Source of the DNA: an uncultured candidate division Zixibacteria bacterium
GTDB taxonomy: Bacteria; Zixibacteria; MSB-5A5; UBA10806
DNA length: 64,000 nucleotides
Direction: 5' to 3'
Assembly (NCBI GenBank): GCA_963817915.1
Contig: CAWFQL010000012.1
Location: 224,001-288,000, forward strand
The notes beneath the pieces were generated by a model. It was given only the letters and a program-made list of their open reading frames with translations, was not told the DNA's origin and did no database searches. Shown in pieces: positions 25,413 to 36,406 of the stretch; position 1 is the first letter of the stretch, and each line of letters starts with the position of its first letter. The translations under genes were made by a program, and so were the position numbers.

Positions 25413-26773
25413 TGGGTATTTCTGTATCTTCTGGGCAGAAGAATGATGAATGAGGATTTGATTCTATCCAAAAGCGAAACCACCGAAGATTGCCTTATAA
25501 ACATTATTGTCAATATTATCCCCGCGCCTCCAACTACGATATCGCCCAGCCACATAGCCCAGAAAGCCGGCAATGAACCGGAATCCCCCATTTGCTCGCC
25601 GATAATCAGGAACGCCCAATAGATAATGAAAAAGAAGATGGATAGCGCAATGCCTGTTGCGAATCCGCCTTTCCGCGCCAATGATCCTAAAGGCGCGCCA
25701 ATCAATACGAATGATATACAAGCGAATGGAATCGAGAATTTCTTTTCAATTTCAACATTCATTGAATTGACTTCACGGGCATAATTGATAGCGTTGTTGC
25801 TTTGAAAGATCATTTTAGCGTGCGCTTCCTTCACTTTCCTTAAGGCTCTATCAATTCCAGCCATTTTTGAAACTTTAATGTATTGAGTTCCGGGGTTGCC
25901 TATATTTAGCGTATTTCCAACCAAGGCCGCGGAAAGGCTATCGGCTTCATGATAAATTAGATCAAGTCTTTTTTGTCTGCCTTTGTTTTGATCGCGCATC
26001 ATTTCTACAGACATCTCACGATCCCCTCGCATGCTCTCTTGAGTCCTTTGCATATCTGATGACGCTCCCGGAATGGCGATGGTCTGTTTTTCAAATTGAG
26101 TCCTGGTATAACCTTCGGGATTTTTCTGATCCATTTCGAGTATCTCGCCGTCTTCGAGTTCAAGCATAAGAGTGGTTTCATCGGGGCTGAAATACATGTT
26201 GCCTCGTCTGGATGTGATTATACGATCAATGCCTGTGGTTTGAATGATGATTATATCCGATATCTCTGAAGTTTTTCTTGCCACGGTCTTGACCCTGATG
26301 CTGTAGCCCTCGAAGTAATCGAGAAATATATTTTCTTCCAACGACCACGTCGGCTTTTTGGTTGCGATATCTGTCATCAGCATGCGAGCCCGGTGGTTCG
26401 ATTCCGGCAGTACCCTGTCATTAAACCAAACCATGACTATAGTCAGTATTGTGGCGGCGCCAACCATCGGCAGGAGCAGTCGATAATACGAAATCCCGCA
26501 GGCCTTGCAGGCAGTGAGTTCGTTATCAGATGACAATCGTCCGAATACCATCAGTACTGCTACCAATACCGCCATTGGAACCGCAAGGGCCAGCATCCAG
26601 GCCAGGTTTACGGCAAAAAGCTCCATTACCAACGGAATCTTGACACCTTTTTCGATAATAAGGTTCATTATATCAACAAGGAAATCCATTATTAGTACTA
26701 ATGTGATCACCGCCAGGCCAAAAAGAAACGGTCCTATCGATTCTCTCAGCAGGTATTTCGAAAGTGTCTTCAT
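25409..26773 (-). CDS. lptF: LPS export permease LptF
   Basis: GRLSSDNELTA, KKFSIPFAC, tandem with lptG. Confidence 0.85.
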   Translation of the reverse strand: MKTLSKYLLRESIGPFLFGLAVITLVLIMDFLVDIMNLIIEKGVKIPLVMELFAVNLAWMLALAVPMAVLVAVLMVFGRLSSDNELTACKACGISYYRLLLPMVGAATILTIVMVWFNDRVLPESNHRARMLMTDIATKKPTWSLEENIFLDYFEGYSIRVKTVARKTSEISDIIIIQTTGIDRIITSRRGNMYFSPDETTLMLELEDGEILEMDQKNPEGYTRTQFEKQTIAIPGASSDMQRTQESMRGDREMSVEMMRDQNKGRQKRLDLIYHEADSLSAALVGNTLNIGNPGTQYIKVSKMAGIDRALRKVKEAHAKMIFQSNNAINYAREVNSMNVEIEKKFSIPFACISFVLIGAPLGSLARKGGFATGIALSIFFFIIYWAFLIIGEQMGDSGSLPAFWAMWLGDIVVGGAGIILTIMFIRQSSVVSLLDRIKSSFIILLPRRYRNTQ

Positions 26774-26783
26774 CCTGGTTTGG

Positions 26784-26812
26784 ATTATATCCGCCAGAAT
26801 GACTTATCTCAA
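26784..26812 (-). promoter_or_regulatory. Candidate sigma70 promoter of lptFG
   Basis: TTGAGA-17 bp-TATAAT, ATG 10 nt downstream. Confidence 0.6.
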
Positions 26813-26860
26813 GCAATTTCTGCTTGACTGGAGACATCAATTTGCGGTTATTGGGTCACC

Positions 26861-27811
26861 ATGAAGTCTATTTTTATTACCGATCTTTCGCTGGGAGATT
26901 CTGTTGATGAGCTTTTTGTAATTAGAAAAGTTGAATTGAAGGAATATCCGAATGGGAAAATGATCGCGGTTGAATTGGGCGATAAGTCGGGAAGACTAAA
27001 AGGAGTTATATGGTCAGGATCTTCGGAACTCTTGAAGTCATTGCAACCGGCTAAGGTTTATCGGGTTAGGGGCACAGTAACATCCTACAAAGGCGATATT
27101 CAAATCACAGTTGAGAAAGCTGAAGTCGCCGCCGAATTTGATCCATCCGATTTCCTGGCACGAGGCTCGAAATCATTCGATGAACTCGACTCAATTCTTG
27201 CGGATTCAATCGGAAGTATTGATGATAATGATTATAAGCAGCTTTTAAATAAAATATTTTCGGATGGATCGCTGCGCCGTGATTTCCTTAATGGTATCGG
27301 CGGCAAGCTCTGGCATCATAATTATATAGGTGGATTGGCAGAACACACATTTTCAGTATTTAATATATGTCGGGATTTGTCGGGCCGTTTCCAGGAGCTG
27401 GATAGAAATTTACTCCTCACCGGAGCTTTATTGCACGATATCGGCAAATCGGGCAGTTATTCGATGGAAGCATTTTTTGATTATACGGATTCAGGACGAT
27501 TGCTCGGACATATCGTCATGGGAGATGAAATTGCCACGAAGGCGATCGGCGAACTTGCCGGTTTCCCACCTGAGAAGAGTCTCAAAATCCGTCATTTAAT
27601 ATTATCTCACCAGGGATCGCCTGAACAAAGTTCACCGGTCCCGCCAATGATGCCCGAGGGAACGGCATTGTATTGCGCCGATCTTCTGGATTCACAATTG
27701 GCAGCATTGCGACGAATCAAACAAAAGGAGCATCGTCAAGGAATTCGCTGGTCTAATTATGTAAACCTATTGGATCGGCACATATATTTCGGCGATGAGG
27801 AAAGTATCTAA
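26861..27811 (+). CDS. yhaM: OB-fold + HD-domain 3'-5' exoribonuclease (YhaM family)
   Basis: HHNYIGGLAEH, LLHDIGK, LLGHI, SHQG, ADLLD. Confidence 0.85.
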   Translation: MKSIFITDLSLGDSVDELFVIRKVELKEYPNGKMIAVELGDKSGRLKGVIWSGSSELLKSLQPAKVYRVRGTVTSYKGDIQITVEKAEVAAEFDPSDFLARGSKSFDELDSILADSIGSIDDNDYKQLLNKIFSDGSLRRDFLNGIGGKLWHHNYIGGLAEHTFSVFNICRDLSGRFQELDRNLLLTGALLHDIGKSGSYSMEAFFDYTDSGRLLGHIVMGDEIATKAIGELAGFPPEKSLKIRHLILSHQGSPEQSSPVPPMMPEGTALYCADLLDSQLAALRRIKQKEHRQGIRWSNYVNLLDRHIYFGDEESI

Positions 27812-28401
27812 TGGCAAAAAAGATAATTGAACCAACAACAGCGTTGATACCGCTACCGGCGGTCATGGTTTCATGTCAGGAGCCCGGCGAGACTCCCAAT
27901 ATCATTACCATAGCCTGGACAGGTATTGTCTGCAGCGAGCCGCCGATGCTATCAATCAGCATTCGGCGAAGCAGGCACTCATTCAATATCGTTAAACGAA
28001 CCGGCGAATTCGTAGTGAATATCACTACCCGCGCGCTGGTGCAGGCCACCGATACCTGCGGTTCTATTTCCGGCCGCGATTACAATAAATTCGAAATGGC
28101 GGGTCTAACTCCCGCGCCCGCGTCTAAAGTACGGGTGCCATTGATTGCGGAAAGCCCCATTAATCTTGAATGCCAAACTCGAAAGGAATTCGAGCTTGGC
28201 ACGCATGATATTTTCATAGCTGAGATTGTCGCCACCCACATCGACGAGAGCATTCTTGACGAGAACGGCCATGTCATAATCGAAAAACTGGATCCGTTGG
28301 TGTATTGTCCTCAAGCCCGTCAATATTGGGCCGGTCTGACTAAGATGATTGGCAGATATGGCTATACCGCCCAGGAAGTCAGAGCCCGGAAAAAGAATTG
28401 A
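27811..28401 (+). CDS. Flavin reductase / flavoredoxin family protein
   Basis: PLPAVMVS, NIITIAW, GEFVVN, ESPINLEC, GTHDIFI. Confidence 0.9.
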   Translation: MAKKIIEPTTALIPLPAVMVSCQEPGETPNIITIAWTGIVCSEPPMLSISIRRSRHSFNIVKRTGEFVVNITTRALVQATDTCGSISGRDYNKFEMAGLTPAPASKVRVPLIAESPINLECQTRKEFELGTHDIFIAEIVATHIDESILDENGHVIIEKLDPLVYCPQARQYWAGLTKMIGRYGYTAQEVRARKKN

Positions 28402-29525
28402 AATTCCAAACTAAGTCCATTTCAGGCCAATCTCGCTTAGGTCATTTATCGACAATTCATTCTGAAATTCCGACCCCGGTATTTATGCCGGTGGGCACCA
28501 GGGGTTCTGTTAAGACAATTTCCCATGAAGAATTGGAAACATTCGATTCCAAATTGATTTTGGGAAATACATATCATCTTTATCTTCGACCCGGACATAA
28601 TATTATTGGAAAGCTCGGGGGTCTTCACGGTTTCACCGGCTGGAAGGGTTCTTATTTAACCGATTCCGGCGGTTATCAGGTTTTCTCGCTTCAGTCGTTA
28701 AATAATATCGATGACGGCGGCGTAAGCTTCCAATCTCATATCGATGGTTCGAAACACCGTTTCACGCCGACGGGTGTTGTGGATATTCAAATAGCGTTGG
28801 GCGCGGATATTATGATGCCTCTCGATGTCTGCAGTCCTTATCCGATCACCGAGATAATTGCTGAAAATGACAAAGAGAGAACCATAAAGTGGGTCAATGA
28901 ATCGTTCGACCATTTTCGAAAGTCTGGGAATCAAGGCCGCCAATCGCTATTTGCCATCCTGCAAGGCTCGATTTATGAAAATCAGCGACTATCCTGCCTG
29001 GAATCTATACTTAAGCTCAATCCGCCCGGCATTGCTATCGGCGGATTGTCAGTCGGGGAGCCGAAAGAAGACCGTCAGCGAATACTGGAATTTATCCTGC
29101 CACATATACCGAAAGAATTACCTCGATATCTGATGGGTGTCGGGACTCCGGAGGATATACTCGAAGCAGTGGAGTTGGGCGTTGATATGTTTGATTGTGT
29201 CATGCCAACCCGTAATGCCCGCAACGGCACGCTTTTTACCCGTTATGGAAAGATTATTATCAAATCAGCCCGATATATTGAAGACGAAAACCCGGTAGAT
29301 CCTCAATGCGGCTGTCCGGCCTGCAGAAGGTATAGCAGGGCATTTATAAGGCACCTGTTATCGGTCGGTGAAATACTTGGTCTGCGCCTGGCGACATTGC
29401 ATAATCTCTATTTTTATCTGGATATGATGAAGCAGATAAGAAATTCGATTGAGAATGATAAATTTAAGGAATTCAAAGCCGGATTTATGGCAAATTTATC
29501 GCGCGGCGTTGAGGAAATCGCCTAA
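28398..29525 (+). CDS. tgt: Queuine tRNA-ribosyltransferase
   Basis: TPVFMPVGT, TDSGGYQ, YLMGVG, CxCxxC zinc site, HNL. Confidence 0.97.
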   Translation: MKFQTKSISGQSRLGHLSTIHSEIPTPVFMPVGTRGSVKTISHEELETFDSKLILGNTYHLYLRPGHNIIGKLGGLHGFTGWKGSYLTDSGGYQVFSLQSLNNIDDGGVSFQSHIDGSKHRFTPTGVVDIQIALGADIMMPLDVCSPYPITEIIAENDKERTIKWVNESFDHFRKSGNQGRQSLFAILQGSIYENQRLSCLESILKLNPPGIAIGGLSVGEPKEDRQRILEFILPHIPKELPRYLMGVGTPEDILEAVELGVDMFDCVMPTRNARNGTLFTRYGKIIIKSARYIEDENPVDPQCGCPACRRYSRAFIRHLLSVGEILGLRLATLHNLYFYLDMMKQIRNSIENDKFKEFKAGFMANLSRGVEEIA

Positions 29526-29570
29526 ATATTTAAAAGTCATTTCACCAATAAGCCAACATAATTATATATA

Positions 29571-30779
29571 TTAGTTCTCGCCGGGAGGGCAATCGCTGCA
29601 AACGATCAGATCATGTCCGCCTTTGAAATAATTTACCATAAAGTTAATATCAAGACCGTTAAAGTTGCAGGTTCCATTGACATCCCCGGCAACATACCAG
29701 GCATTGGGCGGGGGGCATTCGCAATAGTAAAGCACGTTTCTGAATCCTCTAACATACCTTACACCGAAGACAATATCCAAACCATTGAATTCGCCGTCGC
29801 CATTTATATCCCCCACAACATAATGGCAAGCCCCGCTTAAATGAAATATTTGCAATGAACTATTATCAGCGACATAAATAAAGCTATCGGCGTAGCAAAT
29901 GCCATTAGCCGTTCCAGGAGTGTCATAGCCGCATAATGGTTTGATTTGATGCAAGTCGAGAATGTTGATCATATGAATTCCCGTATATCCATCAGCCGTA
30001 AATGCGTGGTATCCGTCAATGAAGACGTTATTCACGCCATAGGGGATATTATTTTCCAGGCGCTGAGGACTTGTGGGGTCGGAAACGTCATAAATTTGTA
30101 ATCCGGCGCCGTTTACGGCCATAAATACATACTGACCGGCGATCTTAATATCTAATGCCCAAAGACCGGTCATTGAATTAGCCCTTCCTATGATCTGCAT
30201 ATCGGAAATATCTATCGCCCAGAGAAATGGCATATATGGCTCGACTATGTTGCTTATAAAAAAGGCGTAATTGCCCTGTACCACCAGATCATGTATTTCA
30301 CCCGCCACCGTAATCGAACCAAGTTCGATAGGGATAGCAGGGTCCGATACATCAAGTTTTCTCATTCCAAGATCGCCATTAGCCAAGTACGCATAGCTAT
30401 TTATGACACAAACGCCGAAGCATTCACGGGTGCAATCAAAGCTGCCTGTTAACATCGGACTTGCAGGATTGGATATATTTATAATCTGCAGTGATGAATA
30501 ATCCGCTACATACGCATATTGACCTGAAATAAAAACATCCATGGCAATTCCTGGAGTGTCATAGATTCCGGTAATTGTGGGGTTAGCGGGGTTTGAGATA
30601 TCGATGATCTGTAACCCAGAATCACTATTGGCAATATAAGCGTAACTCCCGGAGACTAATACTGCGTTTGCGCCAGCGGGAGTGGCAATACTTCCAACAA
30701 ATTCAAATGATTGCCCGGAAGCAATTCCATAGAATGCAAATAACAAAATTGCGATACCTGTCAATATTATTCTTTTCAT
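29571..30779 (-). CDS. Secreted LVIVD-repeat beta-propeller with C-terminal dockerin-like tail
   Basis: Repeats [16 protein letters not shown]; paired GDINGDG / GDVNGTC calcium-binding loops. Confidence 0.85.
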   Translation of the reverse strand: MKRIILTGIAILLFAFYGIASGQSFEFVGSIATPAGANAVLVSGSYAYIANSDSGLQIIDISNPANPTITGIYDTPGIAMDVFISGQYAYVADYSSLQIINISNPASPMLTGSFDCTRECFGVCVINSYAYLANGDLGMRKLDVSDPAIPIELGSITVAGEIHDLVVQGNYAFFISNIVEPYMPFLWAIDISDMQIIGRANSMTGLWALDIKIAGQYVFMAVNGAGLQIYDVSDPTSPQRLENNIPYGVNNVFIDGYHAFTADGYTGIHMINILDLHQIKPLCGYDTPGTANGICYADSFIYVADNSSLQIFHLSGACHYVVGDINGDGEFNGLDIVFGVRYVRGFRNVLYYCECPPPNAWYVAGDVNGTCNFNGLDINFMVNYFKGGHDLIVCSDCPPGEN

Positions 30780-30917
30780 TTTATTCTCCGATTGAAATTG
30801 GGATTTTATTCAAATTTCAAAAGATCGAAGCTGAGATATTTAAATATGCTTTAATATAATTAATAATGCTTATACTTGTCAACGTTTATGTTAATTTGAG
30901 CCGCGAAATTGACAATT

Positions 30918-32126
30918 TCAAGCTGTCTCGGGAGTCTCTGTGCCTTTGCCGAATATACCGAAATAAATCGTGCCCAATATTCCGAATCCGAACGCGGTCC
31001 AGAGATTGATTGATGGATTGATCTTCCAGAGCACTCCGCCAAGGATCGCCGCCAGCGATACGATCGTATCACGAATAAAATAATATGTGCCTACTGTCCG
31101 AGCTTTTGCCTCAGGAACTGCCAGATCTACTATCAACGCTTTTCGAGTTGGCTCGCCGAACTCTTTCAGCCCCCTTATGAAAAACGCAAATATCAGCATG
31201 GATGTGGTCTTGGAAAAAAACAGGGCCGCCGGAAAAAGTGTAAAGAATCCGAATGTTATTAAAACAAATGGTTTTCGCTCGGCTTTATCGGAATAGTAGG
31301 CTACAGGAATATAAAGCAGCATGGCTGTTCCCATCTCGATAGCTGTCAACCAGCCAAATTCCAACGCCCCTTTTTGAGCGATATCCATTACCCATAAAAT
31401 CACGAATGCGTAAGGAATCTGTTCGCAGAAGCGAATCAGAATATCCGATACCAAGAGCCGCTTTAATCCCGGTCTGAATTGTTTTATGAATTTGAATAGA
31501 TGCATTGGTTCGTACTTCAATGATTCGGTTGGTGCCATCCGTTGCTGCAAAATCAGCGAAAAAATCGCGAGTATAAACGCTATCCCAAATGCTATCCTGA
31601 CACCGGTTATCATTCCGTACGCGGCAATCAGCGCCCCGCCGATAACAGGTCCGCCACCCATTGGGATACGCCTGATAATCGAATGCATTGACACACCCAT
31701 GGCTCGTTTTGACTTGGGGAGTAGATTCGCGACGAGGCTCATGGTTGCCGGCAATGATATCGATGACCATGCCAGGAAGAATACCGATGCCACCAAAACT
31801 GCCGGCCAAGAGGGTATCAGCACTACAATGGCATACCCGATCATCGAGATTATATTAAATACCGCCAATGCTTTTTTCGTGCCTAATCTATCGGCTAATA
31901 TTCCGCCAGGCAATGCCCACAATGCGCCGAGAAGATTCTCCATTGCCCCATAAACCCCGATAATTAATATGCCCGCGCCAAGTGTTTCGATATATTTGGG
32001 AATAAAGCGAGATCCTACCCGTTCTCCCATGCCGATCAGCACTACCATTGAAAGCAGAAGGATATAATCTCGTTTCAGGCCCAGGAAGCCTAAGACTGCA
32101 TGAGTTTTTGAGTTTTCTTCTGACAT
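30918..32126 (-). CDS. MFS transporter
   Basis: About 12 TM helices, GILADRLGTKK motif A. Confidence 0.9.
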   Translation of the reverse strand: MSEENSKTHAVLGFLGLKRDYILLLSMVVLIGMGERVGSRFIPKYIETLGAGILIIGVYGAMENLLGALWALPGGILADRLGTKKALAVFNIISMIGYAIVVLIPSWPAVLVASVFFLAWSSISLPATMSLVANLLPKSKRAMGVSMHSIIRRIPMGGGPVIGGALIAAYGMITGVRIAFGIAFILAIFSLILQQRMAPTESLKYEPMHLFKFIKQFRPGLKRLLVSDILIRFCEQIPYAFVILWVMDIAQKGALEFGWLTAIEMGTAMLLYIPVAYYSDKAERKPFVLITFGFFTLFPAALFFSKTTSMLIFAFFIRGLKEFGEPTRKALIVDLAVPEAKARTVGTYYFIRDTIVSLAAILGGVLWKINPSINLWTAFGFGILGTIYFGIFGKGTETPETA

Positions 32127-32132
32127 GAGGCA

Positions 32133-32161
32133 AGTATATGACGGCTATTCGGCCAAATCAA
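32133..32161 (-). promoter_or_regulatory. Candidate sigma70 promoter of the MFS gene (leaderless)
   Basis: TTGATT-17 bp-TATACT, ATG 6 nt downstream, no SD. Confidence 0.6.
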
Positions 32162-32197
32162 CTTGCTTCTAATTTTAATTTCACCAAGCAATTTTTT

Positions 32198-32260
32198 TGC
32201 GTGTCAAAGCTTGCTTTGACCGCAAAATTCTGTTGCGGTCGCAGTAAACTGCGACACGCA
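32198..32260 (+). repeat. Palindromic four-way-junction element, copy 1
   Basis: TGCGTGTC-AAAG CTTG CTTT-GACCGCAA N7 TTGCGGTC-GCAG TAAA CTGC-GACACGCA; homolog at 46780..46846. Confidence 0.85.
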
Positions 32261-32609
32261 TAAAAATCAATATCCATCTATAGCGACTTTCAAGCGGGCG
32301 ACTATTGGAAAGCGCCGTATCAAAAATCTGTTTTATAATTGACTTGCGGGGAACGAAATTATAGATATTAGTGTTCGAATACTATTATTGAACAGCTATC
32401 TGTGATGACGGGAATTTAAGAAGAATAGGGGACAAGATGGCAAGAGAAAAACGGCAATTTTCGGAAATGATTCGCAAGAATCTGTTGCAAAAGCCGATTA
32501 AGTATTATGTGGGCTAATTGATTTGCTTAGACACACTAAGTGATTAGAAGACTTGAGCATAGAGAAAGATAAGAAAACAATTTAAAATAAAAAGGGAGGA
32601 ATAATCCCG

Positions 32610-33637
32610 ATGGCAAAATCAGATAAAGAACAGTCCCTAAAGCAGATCGGGCTTTCGGAGGATGTTCTCGTGGGGCTTTATACCAACCTCATGAAGACCA
32701 GATTACTCGATGAGAGATTCCGCAAACTTTTCAGGCAGGGCCGATACGCGGGTACCTATTTTTCGGCAGTGGGCCAGGAAGCGACAACTGTTGGTCCGAC
32801 CTATGGATTGCGGGATGATGATATCATCGGCCCATCGCATCGCGAAATAGGCGCCAATGTCACCAAGGGAGTGCCATTGTACGCCATAGCGGCCCAGAGT
32901 TTATGCTCGTTCAAATTCGCCGGATAAGGGGAAATCACATCCCTGCCATTACGGTTGGAAACCTAAGGGAGTTATTACTCCTGCCTCGACTGTGGCTGGC
33001 CAGACAGTCGTCGCAACCGGATGCGCCATGGCATTCAAAATTCAAAAAAAGGATAATGTCGTATTGGCATTTTTTGGCGAAGGAGCAACTGCGCGCGGAG
33101 GCTGGCATGAGGCATTGAATTATGCCGGAATCCACAAACTCCCGATAGTGTATATTTGCCAGAATAATCTCTGGGCAGAGTCGGTACCATCATCAATGGC
33201 CGCCGGAATTGAAAAATTTTCCGATAGGGCAAAAGCCTACGGATTTCCCGGTATTACCATTGATGGCAATGATGTTGTGCTGACTCACAAAACGGCCGCG
33301 GAAGCAATTGTCAAGGGCTAGGCGCGGCGAAGGGCCGACATTTATCGAATGCCTTACATATCGCTGGTATGGGCATTCGGAGATCGATCCTGCCAATTAC
33401 CGTCAGAATACAGAACTAGAGGAATGGAAGAAAAAAGACCCAATCCCTCGCGCCGAAAATCTATTGATGAATCTCGGAATTTTAACCACTCAGAAACGGG
33501 AGGCGATCGTCGAATCTATCGAACACGAAATCGATGAAGCCATCAAAATCGCTGAGGAAGCCAAATATTCCGAGCCGGAGGAAGCATACAAAGATGTCTA
33601 CTCGGACGCGTTCCCGGTATTGAGAGAGGAATTATAA
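32610..33637 (+). CDS. 2-oxoacid dehydrogenase E1 alpha (branched-chain-like), split by two +1 shifts (~32898, ~33310)
   Basis: GQEA, PSHRE, FFGEGAT...QNN TPP motif, TYRWYGHSEID. Confidence 0.88.
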
Positions 33638-33638
33638 A

Positions 33639-34133
33639 ATGCCTGAAGCATTAGCGCAAAAAGGCAAAAGACCGTCTGAATCTGCTATTGCCATGACTGA
33701 ATTGGTTATTCCCAATGATGCCAATATACTTGGCAATGTCCTTGGTGGACGAGTCATGCATTGGATCGATCTGGCGGCTGCAACTGCGGCTCATCGTCAC
33801 TGCAATTCAATATGCGTGACAGCGGCTATTCATGGGTTGTCATTCCTGCATCCGATCAAGATCGGTCAATTGGCTCATCTTGATGCCCGCGTAATTTATG
33901 TGGGGAGTTCGTCGTTGGTCGTTAAGGTTGATATTCATTCCGAGGATATGGATAGCGGCGTAAAACAGCAAACATCGGAAGCATATCTGAGTTTTGTATG
34001 TATCGATGCGCTCGGCAAATCGAAAAAAGTACCGCCGTTGATCATTGAATCCGAGCAGGAAAAGGCCGAATGCGAGAAGGCCAAACAAATTAGAAAAAGA
34101 ATGTTGGAGATAAAAGAACAGGAGAAAGGATGA
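33639..34133 (+). CDS. Acyl-CoA thioesterase (hotdog fold, YciA-like)
   Basis: PNDANILGNVLGG..MHWID, F..PI..G, VGSSSL.V. Confidence 0.9.
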   Translation: MPEALAQKGKRPSESAIAMTELVIPNDANILGNVLGGRVMHWIDLAAATAAHRHCNSICVTAAIHGLSFLHPIKIGQLAHLDARVIYVGSSSLVVKVDIHSEDMDSGVKQQTSEAYLSFVCIDALGKSKKVPPLIIESEQEKAECEKAKQIRKRMLEIKEQEKG

Positions 34134-35113
34134 AGAAGGTAACGTATATCGACGCCATCACCGAGGCCATGGCCGAGGAGATGGAACGAGATAAAAACGT
34201 ATTCCTCATCGGGGAAGATATAGGGCTTTACGGGGGAGTATTCAAGGCCACAAAGGGACTTCTGGAACGATTCGGCGCCGATCGCGTAATCGATTCGCCG
34301 ATTTCCGAAGCCTATATCGTCGGTGGATGTGTCGGTGCCGCCATGGTAGGCATGAGGCCGATTCCCGAAATTCAATTTGCCGATTTTATTACGCCATCGA
34401 TGGATCAGATAATTCAACAGGCGGCGAAGATCCGTTACCGCACGGGCGGTCAATGGACATGCCCGATGACTCTCAGGGTCTGCTGCGGAGGCGAAGTTGG
34501 CGGCGGATTGTATCACTCTCAAATCAATGAGCAGTGGTTTTTCTCGCAGCCTGGGTTAATCGTGCTATTCCCTGCGACTCCATATGATGCCAAGGGATTG
34601 CTTAAGTCAGCAGTCAGAGGCGATGACCCGGTAATTTATTTTGAGCATAAAAGACTATATCGTTCGATAAAAGAAGATATCCCCGAAGATGATTTCACCG
34701 TGCCTATAGGAAAAGCGGCAGTCAGAAAAGTCGGCAAGGATATAACCATAGTGGCATACGGATTAATGTACCATAAATCTCTCGAAGCGGTCCAATCGCT
34801 GGAAAAAGAAAATATTTCGGTCGAGCTTATCGATATGCGATCATTGCGTCCTTGGGATAGAGAAACCATTTTCGAATCAGTCAAGAAGACATCGAGAGTC
34901 GTGCTTGTTCAGGAGAATTCAAAGACTGGTGGAGTCATGGCCGAAATTTCGGCGTCGATTACCGAAAATGTTTTCGATTATCTCGATGCGCCGGTAACGA
35001 GAGTCTGCGGACTCGATGTTCCCATGCTGCCATTTGCCCCGCCGCTGGAGCATTTCTTCCTACCCAATGCTGAGAAAATCGCGGCGACAGTCAAAAAAGT
35101 AATGGAATACTGA
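34130..35113 (+). CDS. 2-oxoacid dehydrogenase E1 beta
   Basis: GEDIG..GGVF, SPISE, EIQFADF, GGLYHSQ, FEHKRLY. Confidence 0.93.
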   Translation: MKKVTYIDAITEAMAEEMERDKNVFLIGEDIGLYGGVFKATKGLLERFGADRVIDSPISEAYIVGGCVGAAMVGMRPIPEIQFADFITPSMDQIIQQAAKIRYRTGGQWTCPMTLRVCCGGEVGGGLYHSQINEQWFFSQPGLIVLFPATPYDAKGLLKSAVRGDDPVIYFEHKRLYRSIKEDIPEDDFTVPIGKAAVRKVGKDITIVAYGLMYHKSLEAVQSLEKENISVELIDMRSLRPWDRETIFESVKKTSRVVLVQENSKTGGVMAEISASITENVFDYLDAPVTRVCGLDVPMLPFAPPLEHFFLPNAEKIAATVKKVMEY

Positions 35114-35122
35114 GGGGGACTG

Positions 35123-36406
35123 ATGGAAGTAAAGATTGTTGTTCCGCCATTGGGTGAATCGGTTGTCGAGGGCACGATTGTCAAATGGCTCAAGAATGAA
35201 GGCGAGAAGGTAAAAATCGATGATCCCCTTGTCGAAGTGATGACCGACAAGATCAATGTTGAATTGCCATCGCCATATAATGGGGTAATGAAAAAGCATC
35301 TCATCGCTCCAGATACGGTGGTCGAGATTGGTACGGAAATCGCGATTCTTGAAGTCGAGGGCGAAGTCGCCCAATCAAAAGCGTTTCAGGTAAAACCGGA
35401 TTCTGGCAAAGAGAAAATACCTGTCGAGCAGGAATTGAAGCCGCCGCCGGAGGAATTTGTCGGCACATTGGCGCATCATGAGCAGATGGGTATCCATGCC
35501 GATAAGGATGCCATCGAAGCCGGCATCAAGGCCGTGCATTCATCGCCGATAGTCAGACGATTGGCTCGTGAGCATTTTATCGATCTGCGGATGGTCAAAG
35601 GCACTCACAAGAATGGTCGAGTAAGCAAAGACGACGTAATCAAATATATCAATTCCCGTCATGCGATCGACAAGTGGAAACCAGATTTCGCCTGGCCGGG
35701 AGCCGAACTTGAGGAGATTATACCTGTGACCGGAGTTCGCAAGGTCATCGCGGATCATATGGTGAAATCGGCCTTTACAATCCCGCATGTAACTACCTAT
35801 GACGAATGCGACATGACAAAATTGGTTCTCTGGCGCAAAAAATATGTAACCAAAATCGAAGAGAAGCACGGCGTACATATCACCTATATGCCGTTCTTCA
35901 TCAAAGCTATAATTTACGCGGCTAAGGATTTTCCCTGGGTTAATTCCACGTTCGAGGGTGAAAATCTTCACGTTAAAAAATATTTCAATATTGGAATCGC
36001 GGTTGGCCGAAATAATTCGTTGATAGTGCCTGTCGTAAAGAACTGCGAACAGAAATCGATACTACAGCTTGCGAAAGAAATGAAAGACCTCGGCGAGAAG
36101 GCCATGGCCGACAAGCTTTCGTTGAATGAGATCACCGGTGGGACGTTCACGATAACCAACGCCGGCATGTACGGCGCGACGGCCTCGACACCGATAATCG
36201 CCCATCCGCAGGTCGCGATTCTCGGAGTGCATAAGATTACGGAAAAACCGGTGGTGCGCGAGGGCGAAATCGTAATCAGGCCGATTCTGAATTTCGGATT
36301 GTCATTCGATCATCGGGTAGTCGATGGTTCATACGCGGTGCAGTTCTTACGCCGCATGATCGAGTATCTCGAAGACCCGGATAGCTGGTTGATAGGAGTA
36401 ATTTAA
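35123..36406 (+). CDS. Dihydrolipoamide acyltransferase E2
   Basis: Lipoyl domain EVMTDK, binding domain SPIVRRLA, catalytic FDHRVVDG. Confidence 0.95.
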   Translation: MEVKIVVPPLGESVVEGTIVKWLKNEGEKVKIDDPLVEVMTDKINVELPSPYNGVMKKHLIAPDTVVEIGTEIAILEVEGEVAQSKAFQVKPDSGKEKIPVEQELKPPPEEFVGTLAHHEQMGIHADKDAIEAGIKAVHSSPIVRRLAREHFIDLRMVKGTHKNGRVSKDDVIKYINSRHAIDKWKPDFAWPGAELEEIIPVTGVRKVIADHMVKSAFTIPHVTTYDECDMTKLVLWRKKYVTKIEEKHGVHITYMPFFIKAIIYAAKDFPWVNSTFEGENLHVKKYFNIGIAVGRNNSLIVPVVKNCEQKSILQLAKEMKDLGEKAMADKLSLNEITGGTFTITNAGMYGATASTPIIAHPQVAILGVHKITEKPVVREGEIVIRPILNFGLSFDHRVVDGSYAVQFLRRMIEYLEDPDSWLIGVI

